DNA from: a virus
Strand: one strand, 5' to 3'
IMG/VR virus record: IMGVR_UViG_3300045988_070370
Coordinates: 1 to 64,000 of that record
DNA length: 64,000 nucleotides
Every line of letters starts with the position of its first letter. The first letter of the stretch is position 1. The notes below the pieces were generated by a model, which saw nothing but the letters and a program-made list of their open reading frames with translations, was not told the origin of the DNA and did not search any database. Both the position numbers and the translations under genes were made by a program. This document shows, piece after piece, positions 51,872 to 59,343 of the stretch.

Positions 51872-51949
51872 ACGCAAGTAGTTCAGTTGGTAGAACAGAA
51901 GGTTCCCCATCCTTCGATGTCGTGGGTTCGAGTCCCACCTTGCGTCCCA
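51872..51949 (+). tRNA. tRNA with 8-nt anticodon loop UUCCCCAU (isotype undetermined; CCC/Gly-like or CCCC quadruplet); CCA encoded
   Basis: Hand-folded cloverleaf. Acceptor ACGCAAG/CTTGCGT. D-arm GTTC-AGTTGGTA-GAAC. Anticodon stem GAAGG/CCTTC around TTCCCCAT (51903-51910). Variable region GATGTC. T-arm GTGGG-TTCGAGT-CCCAC. Discriminator C, then CCA. Confidence 0.8.
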
Positions 51950-52525
51950 ATAGCCTGATTCCAAGGCTTCATATCGGATAGGATAAACCTTCCTGAAGAG
52001 GTACTCGCAGCCAAGAGCAGCGTATGCAACCACAACATACGATTAGACGAGGAAGTGGCAAGACTATTACCTGCACCGCAACAGGTGGAATTGGGAACGT
52101 CTTGGAGTTCACTTGTGAAGATGCAGACCTGATGCCGTGACCATTATTATATAAGGTAGCATTAAGAGGTAGGAGCGCACAACTACAATTCGGTTCTAAT
52201 GCAGCCAGCATGAAACAGAATAGATGAAATATTGTAACTACATATTTTAATTTTGCTCTTTAATCATTTATAATGTATGCGGAAATAGTGCTGGGAGTCC
52301 TAAGCCTCCATGAATGCAGAAGGGAACTTGAAGACACATGTCCTTAGGCGAAAGCGTGGCTCGGCTTGTGTCTTTGGGCGCACGGATTGGATCAAAGGCC
52401 TCGGACGTGCGCCCTTTTCAATAGAAGTTTTTTCATTAGATTCCATACATTTTGCGGTAGCGACCGCTCAGGTGATAAAGAAAACACTCGCCCCACCATT
52501 CGTGAGAATCGTGGGGTTTTATTTT
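51950..52525 (+). ncRNA. candidate structured non-coding RNA(s), unclassified
   Basis: About 580 nt with no convincing ORF, and visibly GC-richer than its flanks. Hairpins: 52021-52041, 52069-52086, 52331-52374 (8 bp), 52376-52414 (9-bp GGGCGCACG/CGTGCGCCC, then TTTT) and 52454-52467. The region ends in a strong intrinsic terminator. Orientation is inferred from the terminators. Confidence 0.4.
52491..52525 (+). terminator. intrinsic terminator (GNRA-capped hairpin plus U-tract)
   Basis: CCCCACCATTC-GTGA-GAATCGTGGGG (one C.C mismatch) followed by TTTTATTTT. Confidence 0.75.
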
Positions 52526-52554
52526 GAAAGTCAAACAATTAAATATTATAGCTT

Positions 52555-52893
52555 ATGAACAACTCAGCAAGTGGAAACTATCCACCAGGCGCAGCCAACG
52601 ACCCTTCTGCACCTTACAATCAGCCAGAATATCCTGAGTATCAGGACTACGATGTTACGGCATCATTCGTACTTGACAAGTCGTTTACAGTTACCTCTTC
52701 TTCTGATGATGAGGAAGGCATCAAGCAAGACCTCATTGAAGACTACATGACACCTTTAGACCTCATCAAAGAGTTGAAAAAAAGGCTGCAAGGCGAGTTG
52801 AAATTAGACCCGACAAACAAAGTAACCAAGAGTCTTATCAAGGAGTGTGATGGATGGACGTGTGACTGTGACATCTGTGTTGACAACATTTAA
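52555..52893 (+). CDS. acidic hypothetical protein (112 aa)
   Basis: First ORF after the terminator. Asp/Glu-rich, with a Cys-rich C-terminus CDGWTCDCDIC. Confidence 0.5.
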   Translation: MNNSASGNYPPGAANDPSAPYNQPEYPEYQDYDVTASFVLDKSFTVTSSSDDEEGIKQDLIEDYMTPLDLIKELKKRLQGELKLDPTNKVTKSLIKECDGWTCDCDICVDNI

Positions 52894-52904
52894 ATAATAT
52901 AGGT

Positions 52905-53570
52905 ATGGGCAACTTAGACTTATACAACAAACTCAAAGTCGTACCAGCGGAAGCAATAAAACCAATCCAGAATGGGCGACTTAAAGGCAAGAGTGACATC
53001 AATCCGATGTGGCGCATCAAGACGATAACAGAACATTTTGGTGTTTGCGGAATTGGTTGGAAGTATGTTATTACAAAGCAATGGACTGAAACGTATGGCA
53101 CGGAGACTAAAGCGTACTGCAATATAGACCTTTTCGTCAAGGTTGATGGTCAATGGTCAGATGCTATTCAGGGAACTGGAGGTTCATCTGAGGTTACGAT
53201 GGAACGTAATGGTTCATACGTATCTGACGAATGCTACAAAATGGCACTCACAGACGCACTCTCTGTAGCAATGAAGGCACTTGGTGTTGGAGCAGACATT
53301 TACTTTGAGAAAGGAAAGCAAATGGACTATTCATCAAAGTACGATATGCAAGAGGATTTAGCAAAAACTCAGCAGCAAGAAGCCAAGACGCAGCAGCAGA
53401 CCGCTACACAGTATCACCCTAACGAACTGAATGAAGGATTGTGTTATCTGAGCAGATGTGTCAACAAGGACAATCTGATATGGGTAGTTCAGACATACAA
53501 GCCGCTTACCGCCAACCCTCAGTTTATGCAAGCAGTATCGGCTAAGAAGAAACAATTAGGAATACAATAA
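52905..53570 (+). CDS. Rad52/Sak-like single-strand annealing protein
   Basis: NGRLKGKSDINPMWRIKTITEHFGVCGIGW and KMALTDALSVAMKALGVGADIYF resemble the Rad52-family signatures (FG..G.GW ... K.A.TDA.KRA...LG.G..LY). Confidence 0.6.
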   Translation: MGNLDLYNKLKVVPAEAIKPIQNGRLKGKSDINPMWRIKTITEHFGVCGIGWKYVITKQWTETYGTETKAYCNIDLFVKVDGQWSDAIQGTGGSSEVTMERNGSYVSDECYKMALTDALSVAMKALGVGADIYFEKGKQMDYSSKYDMQEDLAKTQQQEAKTQQQTATQYHPNELNEGLCYLSRCVNKDNLIWVVQTYKPLTANPQFMQAVSAKKKQLGIQ

Positions 53571-54490
53571 TGACAGAAGTAAAGAAAATTACATTGAATG
53601 AACCAAAGGTTACATTCATTGAAGAATCTCATCAGTACTTCCTCGGAAAGAAGGAACTGAAAGGTGTAACAGGAACGCTCATCAAGAAAGCCTTCCCTGA
53701 CACATACAAGAATATTCCAGAGTCTGTACTGATGAAGGCAGCAGAGCGTGGAGGTCTCATCCACAACACGTTTGAAACCTTCTGTTCCATCTTCGATGCA
53801 GACATCAAACAGTACCCGAACCCTACCGAAGAGATTCAAGCCTTCCATAGTATGTTAGTCGCATACGATTTACACTATGTAGCATCCGAGTATCTTGTTA
53901 CAGATGGAGAGAACTTTGCATCTGCTATAGATGGTATCTTCTCTGATAATGAAGGCAACATCTATCTGGTAGATTACAAGACCACCTCCACTCTCCATTA
54001 CGACAATGTATCTCTCCAGTTATCCATCTATGCAAAATGGTTCGAGGAGCAGAATCCCGACTTGAAAGTGAAGGAGATTGTTTGTATGTGGTTTAAGAAC
54101 GGACAGAGCAAGTTCCAGCCTCTCCCAAGGGTAGCGGATGAGCAGATAGACGAGTTAATTAACGCTTATCTCACAGACGATGCAGACTATCAGTATAAGG
54201 TAGAAGTACCTGAACAGTTCTCGGCACTGGAGCAAGAGTATCGCCTGATAACTGCCCGTATTGATGCGATGAAAATTGTGCAGGACGGATTGAAGGAGAA
54301 GATAATGAAAATGATGGAGGCTAACAAGCAGAAATCCATCAAGACTAATATCGGTTCCTACTCTTATGTGGCAGCTACCACCAAGAAGGTCTTCGACACG
54401 AAGCTGTTCAAAGATACGGAGCCAGACCATTACGAGTATTATCTGAAGGAAACGGCTACCAAGCCATCGTTAAGAATCAAACTTAATTAA
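53570..54490 (+). CDS. PD-(D/E)XK exonuclease (recombination partner)
   Basis: SAIDGIF...IYLVDYKTT supplies the D...(D/E)xK motif. Lies adjacent to the annealase, with an ATGA-type overlap at 53570. Confidence 0.6.
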   Translation: MTEVKKITLNEPKVTFIEESHQYFLGKKELKGVTGTLIKKAFPDTYKNIPESVLMKAAERGGLIHNTFETFCSIFDADIKQYPNPTEEIQAFHSMLVAYDLHYVASEYLVTDGENFASAIDGIFSDNEGNIYLVDYKTTSTLHYDNVSLQLSIYAKWFEEQNPDLKVKEIVCMWFKNGQSKFQPLPRVADEQIDELINAYLTDDADYQYKVEVPEQFSALEQEYRLITARIDAMKIVQDGLKEKIMKMMEANKQKSIKTNIGSYSYVAATTKKVFDTKLFKDTEPDHYEYYLKETATKPSLRIKLN

Positions 54491-54494
54491 GAAT

Positions 54495-54914
54495 ATGAAC
54501 GTAAAGTTTACAGGCAAGATTATTGCAGCAGGGCAAGTTCAAATGGGAACTTCCCAAAACGGAACTCCATGGAGTTCTTGTGAGTATGTTATCGAAGAAT
54601 TGAACGAGCAGTACCCTTCAAGAGCCGTTATCCAAGTGTATGGCTCTGACAAGTTGCAGCAGTTCAATATCCAGTTAGGAGAAATCATCACCGCTCACAT
54701 CGGACTGAAAGCACGTCAGTCTAAGGAAGGACGCTGGTTCAATCAGTTAGACTGCTGGAAAGTTGAACGACCTAATGTTCAGCAGCAAGGTCAGGTTGCT
54801 CAGAACCCTCAGCAACAATTTCCCCCACAGGTTAATGCGAGCGGTCAAGCTACTCAGCAGGGTGTTCAATATTCAGGAGGTCAGCAACAAAATATCCCAT
54901 TCCCTCAACGTTAA
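54495..54914 (+). CDS. OB-fold SSB-like protein (DUF3127-like) with C-terminal IPF tail
   Basis: The N-terminal about 95 aa resemble the Bacteroidota DUF3127 family. A Q/G-rich linker ends in QQQNIPFPQR, which echoes the SSB acidic-tip IPF motif. Confidence 0.5.
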   Translation: MNVKFTGKIIAAGQVQMGTSQNGTPWSSCEYVIEELNEQYPSRAVIQVYGSDKLQQFNIQLGEIITAHIGLKARQSKEGRWFNQLDCWKVERPNVQQQGQVAQNPQQQFPPQVNASGQATQQGVQYSGGQQQNIPFPQR

Positions 54915-54924
54915 TATATAAGGT

Positions 54925-55362
54925 ATGGAAATCCATCTTGTACGAACATCAACAGGTCTTCGTCCATACTCGGATGATGATTACGAGGAAATGAAAAAGA
55001 TAAAGGTTGGTTCCATCGTCAAGGCAAACATAGTTCGACCAAGGAACATCAAGTTTCATCGCAAATTCTTCTCCCTTATCCGTGCGGCATGGGATTGTCT
55101 TACAGAGCAGCAGCGCACCAACCTACGCTCAGTAGATACATTTCGTGAGCAACTTCTGATAACATCAGGATTCAGCGAACCGCTCTACGACCTGAACGGA
55201 CAGAAGTTCTTAGAGAGAGCAAAATCTATCTCCTTCGCCAAGATGGATGAGCCAGCCTTTAATGAAGTATATTCCAAGGTCTTAGACACCATTCTTACCA
55301 TCATGGTAGCCAATGGTGTTACAGAAGACGAGTTTAATAACATATTACAAAATTATAGTTGA
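54925..55362 (+). CDS. DUF1367-like phage protein
   Basis: RNIKFHRKFFSLIRAAW resembles the DUF1367 pattern. Assignment is from memory. Confidence 0.4.
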   Translation: MEIHLVRTSTGLRPYSDDDYEEMKKIKVGSIVKANIVRPRNIKFHRKFFSLIRAAWDCLTEQQRTNLRSVDTFREQLLITSGFSEPLYDLNGQKFLERAKSISFAKMDEPAFNEVYSKVLDTILTIMVANGVTEDEFNNILQNYS

Positions 55363-55363
55363 T

Positions 55364-56116
55364 ATGACACGTAGAAACGACAAGCGCAACAACAGACATA
55401 ATCGTCAGCGCAACAACAAAACAGAGTTATCACCATTTGCATCAATGCTTTTCGGAGCACTACTTGGCAAGGGTACGGAAATGATTGCTAAAAAAATGGC
55501 AGAAGAAGCAAAAAAGACTCCTGATATTCATGCAGAAGGCATCAACAATGAGGACATCAACAACATCAACAATGGAAATGCAACCTTATCTAAGTTGCGC
55601 ATTCCTGCTGATGGTTCGGCAGTTGAGTACCCTATCCCTGATGGTCTTTCTTTCTTCTTCAACGAAGAAGGCAAGTTGATGGTGCACAAGAAGCAGGAAC
55701 AAGAATCCGCTCCTGATACTAAGAATGGCGACCCTATTACTTACGATGATATTTGCAAGGAACTCTTCTTTGGAAAGAACGCATACTGGGTTCATTATAA
55801 CAAAATCAAGAAAGGTGTTATAAGATATTCTTATAGCGATATAGACAACTACACCAGTCTCGCTCAGGCGAAACGCACGCTTGCTTTTAACAAGTTGCAG
55901 AACATCGCCAAGTATCTCAACAAGGGATGGAAACCTGACTTTCGCAGCCCCGAAAAAAAATGGTATATCGTTAAGGGTGGAAAAAGTTACTCTCCTGTAT
56001 ATGTTCTGGCAATAAACGACGCAAACGTTTACTTCAAGAGTAAAGACCTTGCACTCGAAGCCATCCGTCTGATGGGCGAAGAATCTCTCAACGACCTTTT
56101 CTCAACTGACTGGTAA
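55364..56116 (+). CDS. hypothetical protein with basic N-terminus (250 aa)
   Basis: Start trimmed to MTRRNDKRNN (ATG 55364), directly after the upstream stop. Confidence 0.5.
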   Translation: MTRRNDKRNNRHNRQRNNKTELSPFASMLFGALLGKGTEMIAKKMAEEAKKTPDIHAEGINNEDINNINNGNATLSKLRIPADGSAVEYPIPDGLSFFFNEEGKLMVHKKQEQESAPDTKNGDPITYDDICKELFFGKNAYWVHYNKIKKGVIRYSYSDIDNYTSLAQAKRTLAFNKLQNIAKYLNKGWKPDFRSPEKKWYIVKGGKSYSPVYVLAINDANVYFKSKDLALEAIRLMGEESLNDLFSTDW

Positions 56117-56535
56117 TGACAAGTTACGCTGAAATAAAAGCAAAGTTAGAACAGGAAGGCAAGAAGATACGCAAGCGTTCATCCTATGATGAGCACAACT
56201 TGCAAGCCGCAGAGGTCAGGTATATCCGTGGGGTATATCCTGACCTTGAAGGTGTCTTCTTTGCCGTTCCGAATGGCGGCAAGCGAACCTCACGACAAGC
56301 CGCATGGCTGAAAGAAGAAGGTATGAAGGCAGGAGTTTCTGATATGCTACTCCTGAAGCGCACCTCCCAATATGGATTCCTATGTATAGAGAACAAGACT
56401 CCCAAGGGCAGGCAGGAACCAGCGCAGAGAGTATTTCAGTTTGAAGTAGAACGGCATGGTGGCAAGTATATCATCGTCCGCTCTATAGATGAATTTATGG
56501 AAGCTATCGACAATTATCTAAATGGTGAACTATGA
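56116..56535 (+). CDS. VRR-NUC family nuclease
   Basis: GVSDMLLL ... GFLCIENKT gives D...ExK. The downstream Q..F......G.. pattern is typical of VRR-NUC. Confidence 0.6.
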   Translation: MTSYAEIKAKLEQEGKKIRKRSSYDEHNLQAAEVRYIRGVYPDLEGVFFAVPNGGKRTSRQAAWLKEEGMKAGVSDMLLLKRTSQYGFLCIENKTPKGRQEPAQRVFQFEVERHGGKYIIVRSIDEFMEAIDNYLNGEL

Positions 56536-57074
56536 CAGAAGAAATCAGACAAGCCATCCAACTTCTTGAAGAAAACGGCTACAAGGTTACTGCTCCTCCC
56601 AAGGAAGTCAAAGACGAATATACCTTTGAGCGAGCATGGAACTTGTACGACAAAAAGGTAGGCTGCAAAGCCAAACTCGAAAAGAAGTGGAACTCCATGA
56701 GCCAAAAAGACCGCAAGGCAGCTATAGAGTATATTCCATTATATGTGATTGCAACCGAGGATAAAAAGTATCGCAAGAACTTCCAAACTTTCCTCAATCA
56801 GCGAGGATGGGAAGACGAACTTATCGGAGCGACACCACCGCCAGCAGTTATCAACGAGCAACCATCTGAGATAAGCCAACTTATCGCCAAAACAAGGGCA
56901 GAACAGGAGCGTAATACGGACGATGCAAAGAATCATGCCCTTCGACAACGCATCTTTGGCATGATAGAGGTTCTTGAAAAGAATCCAAAGAGCTTCTGTA
57001 AATCTCTGTTGGAGATATATCGTGAAAATGGTACGTTAGAGCGTTTGGGTATAGAATGGAATCCACAGACATAA
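56532..57074 (+). CDS. hypothetical conserved phage protein (180 aa)
   Basis: ORF with an ATGA overlap to the upstream gene. No enzymatic motif. Confidence 0.5.
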   Translation: MTEEIRQAIQLLEENGYKVTAPPKEVKDEYTFERAWNLYDKKVGCKAKLEKKWNSMSQKDRKAAIEYIPLYVIATEDKKYRKNFQTFLNQRGWEDELIGATPPPAVINEQPSEISQLIAKTRAEQERNTDDAKNHALRQRIFGMIEVLEKNPKSFCKSLLEIYRENGTLERLGIEWNPQT

Positions 57075-57079
57075 ATAAA

Positions 57080-57838
57080 ATGATAGCAATCAACAAATAC
57101 AACAAGCAGCATCCTCTAAGAGTATTCGAGGCATTCGCTGGTTATGGCAGCCAGAGTCTCGCCTTCAAGTACCTTCAAGAGAACCATCCTGAGTTTGACT
57201 TCAAGGTAGTAGGATATTCGGAGATAGAACCTTCTGCCATTCAAGCCTACAGGCTCCTGCATGGGTGGAATATTCCTAATTTCGGAGACGTGACAAGAAT
57301 TGACTGGAACGAGGTTCCCGACTTCGACTTCATCAGTTGGTCTTCTCCATGCCAAGACTTCTCAAATGCTGGTCTCAGGCAAGGTGGCGAGGAAGGGAGC
57401 GGTACACGTTCATCCCTTATCTTTCAGGAGAAGAGGATGCTGACAGTCAAGAAACCGAAATATGTAATGCTGGAGAACGTGAAAGGTCTCCTATCCGAGA
57501 AAATGAGAAAGTACTTCTTCCAATATCTCAGAGACCTCGACTCTTTCGGCTACACGTCATTTTACAAGGTTCTTAATTCTAAGGACTATGGAATACCACA
57601 GAATCGTGAACGTATCTTCGTAATCTCTATCCTAAGAACAGAAGACGAGCCGAACCCTGAGTATCATTTCCCTTCTCCTATCAAGTTAGAGACTACGGTT
57701 GAGGATATGTTAGAAGACAATGTTTCTCCCGAATATTTCATGTCCCAACAACTCCTCGAAAAGTATCTATCCAAAGCAGACATCAATGAAGCAATCCAAA
57801 AACTATACCCAGAAGATAGCGATACCGAAAACGGCTGA
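57080..57838 (+). CDS. DNA (cytosine-5) methyltransferase, N-terminal catalytic part (motifs I-VIII)
   Basis: Motif I VFEAFAGYGSQ, motif IV SSPCQDFSNAG, motif VI LENVKGL, motif VIII QNRERIF. The ORF stops at TGA 57836-57838 before any target-recognition domain. An alternative start is at 57056. Confidence 0.85.
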   Translation: MIAINKYNKQHPLRVFEAFAGYGSQSLAFKYLQENHPEFDFKVVGYSEIEPSAIQAYRLLHGWNIPNFGDVTRIDWNEVPDFDFISWSSPCQDFSNAGLRQGGEEGSGTRSSLIFQEKRMLTVKKPKYVMLENVKGLLSEKMRKYFFQYLRDLDSFGYTSFYKVLNSKDYGIPQNRERIFVISILRTEDEPNPEYHFPSPIKLETTVEDMLEDNVSPEYFMSQQLLEKYLSKADINEAIQKLYPEDSDTENG

Positions 57839-57947
57839 TGGATGCTCTGTTGCAGTTACAGCCAGTATAGGTATGTCAAGTGTAATGAACTTCATTGATA
57901 CGGCTCATTATCCGAAAGGTGGAGTTTTAATCATCAAACCAGTATGA
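57837..57947 (+). other. TRD-like segment in +1 frame, no ATG (MTase piece 2)
   Basis: The +1 frame reads DGCSVAVTASIGMSSVMNFID...GGVLIIKPV*, which is TRD-like (DG.S..(L/V)TAS). It could only join piece 1 by a +1 shift at GGC-TGA-T. Confidence 0.4.
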
Positions 57948-58081
57948 TAATATACAGAAATAAACACGGAAGTTTTAAAGGTGGTTTGTTTGAAACAAAA
58001 ATATCACCAACCATAACAATAGCATCCTTTGAACATAACACATTTATCTTAAAAATAAAAGAATGTGCGACAAAATTATAA
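57944..58081 (+). CDS. mini-ORF encoding a TRD-like unit (MTase piece 3, 45 aa)
   Basis: MIIYRNKHGSFKGGLFETKISPTITIA.... The ATG overlaps the previous TGA (GTATGA). Contains the SPT(L/I)T-type TRD hallmark. Confidence 0.45.
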   Translation: MIIYRNKHGSFKGGLFETKISPTITIASFEHNTFILKIKECATKL

Positions 58082-58224
58082 AGCTGGCAAACCTCCAAAT
58101 CAAAGGCAGAATAGAGCAGCAGACCAGAGTCTATTCCACCAAGGGAATCTCTCCTACTCTCAATTCTGCTATGGGTCACGGAGGTAACTGCATTCCACTA
58201 TTCTTAATTGTCAAAGAGATATGA
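58063..58224 (+). CDS. mini-ORF encoding a TRD-like unit (MTase piece 4, 53 aa)
   Basis: MCDKII...QTRVYSTKGISPTLNSAMGHGGNCIPLF...VKEI*. Contains the classic RVY...G.SPTL...GG motif of C5-MTase TRDs. Confidence 0.5.
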   Translation: MCDKIIKLANLQIKGRIEQQTRVYSTKGISPTLNSAMGHGGNCIPLFLIVKEI

Positions 58225-58406
58225 GAAAAGCCATCCTCTACAAGGAACGAACAGCCGATGGAAGGATGCTACGCAAAGCATACGACACTCATAAGTGCAG
58301 CTTCCACGCAAAGATGAAACATAGAACACCACGTACAGACGGACTCAGTAATACCATCACAAGTTTCTTCACTGACAACTTAGTATTAATCGTAAGCGAG
58401 ATATGA
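58221..58406 (+). CDS. mini-ORF encoding a TRD-like unit (MTase piece 5, 61 aa)
   Basis: MRKAILYKERTADGRMLRKAY...PRTDGLSNTITSF...VSEI*. It starts within GAGATATGA, and the same 9-mer forms the next junction. Confidence 0.5.
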   Translation: MRKAILYKERTADGRMLRKAYDTHKCSFHAKMKHRTPRTDGLSNTITSFFTDNLVLIVSEI

Positions 58407-58855
58407 TAACTGGAGGAAAACGTATGAAATCCCTACTCCTATCAGGGAAGGTCAAGCCTGATATGGGGGGGCAAGTCTTAGACCTCTATAACCAGCAAGT
58501 CTATGACAATATTGCTCCAACAATGCTAACAACCATTGATTCTTCATCAATGACATTCGTAACCATCATGAACAAAGAAATCATTCACACCGCTCCCAAC
58601 GGCAAGAAATACTCCATCCAAATCAGGAAGTACACTCCAAGAGATTGTTTCCGCCTGATGGGAGTGCATGAAGCTGACATAGATAAACTCCTGAGCAAGG
58701 AGAAGTCTGGTCAACTCATTATCTGTAAGAGCAAACTCTACGCACTTGCAGGAAACTCAATAGTCACCAACTGCCTGACTGCCATGTTCGAGGAACTGAT
58801 ATTTCCATCAGGGAATCACTATCACGACAAGAGCGGTCAGCTTTCACTCTTTTAG
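58403..58855 (+). CDS. DNA (cytosine-5) methyltransferase, C-terminal part (TRD plus motifs IX-X)
   Basis: A fifth TRD hallmark is NIAPTMLTT. RKYTPRDCFRLMGV corresponds to motif IX and YALAGNSIVTNC to motif X. Contains a G7 tract at 58465-58471. Confidence 0.8.
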   Translation: MITGGKRMKSLLLSGKVKPDMGGQVLDLYNQQVYDNIAPTMLTTIDSSSMTFVTIMNKEIIHTAPNGKKYSIQIRKYTPRDCFRLMGVHEADIDKLLSKEKSGQLIICKSKLYALAGNSIVTNCLTAMFEELIFPSGNHYHDKSGQLSLF

Positions 58856-58858
58856 CTT

Positions 58859-59116
58859 ATGAATAATTTCGGATATATCAAGATAGGCAAGCGCATCAGC
58901 AAAGCGCACAAAGCCCTCTTTACCCACAAGACCATGGTACTATGGTACAAAGGCAACCCAATCATCGGGACAATGCACGATGATTTGTGGTACCAACAAG
59001 ACATGAACGGAAAATTGGAGCAATTAATGTTCCAGCAACAAGTAACTCACGTATCATTCTTACCATCCCCACCAAATGAAGACAGAAAAAGAACAAATCT
59101 TAGCCATCATCGCTGA
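58859..59116 (+). CDS. hypothetical protein (85 aa)
   Basis: ORF in the early-gene array. Confidence 0.45.
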   Translation: MNNFGYIKIGKRISKAHKALFTHKTMVLWYKGNPIIGTMHDDLWYQQDMNGKLEQLMFQQQVTHVSFLPSPPNEDRKRTNLSHHR

Positions 59117-59288
59117 GATTCAGGAAGAGCGTAAGGCAGCGCATATCGTGCCAAATCATGTTCTTGCCAAAGAAATCATCAACCGAGGATTCCATCAGCC
59201 GCAGCAAGCCCTCAACGAATTATGCGCAGAAGGCAAGATAGACTGGTGCAGAACCCTCAACGATATAGCATTCACTATCAGGTCATAG
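59076..59288 (+). CDS. hypothetical protein (70 aa)
   Basis: ORF that overlaps the previous one by 41 nt. Confidence 0.4.
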   Translation: MKTEKEQILAIIAEIQEERKAAHIVPNHVLAKEIINRGFHQPQQALNELCAEGKIDWCRTLNDIAFTIRS

Positions 59289-59343
59289 CAAAGCTATGTG
59301 GATTGAAACAAATACTATCAGAAATTTATAAATCAAAAACAAT

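Noticed and set aside
51872-51949. The tRNA considered as the integration target or attP core.
   Set aside because: It is flanked on both sides by phage genes, and no duplicated tRNA 3' fragment occurs elsewhere in the window. The repeat-rich region next to int is a better att candidate.
52310-52558. The listed 82-aa ORF in the region downstream of the tRNA, together with the minus-strand ORFs 51824..52033 and 51969..52211.
   Set aside because: These ORFs run through GC-rich stem-loops, the tRNA and the terminator. They have odd composition and no -7 box, so a non-coding RNA is the more economical reading.
57836-58406. Idea that the CCCC-loop tRNA rescues the frame breaks in the split methyltransferase.
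   Set aside because: Four of the five junctions are -1-type ATG/TGA overlaps or a 19-nt overlap, not +1 shifts. The single +1 junction (GGC-TGA-T) contains no GGGG. The two observations are therefore reported separately.
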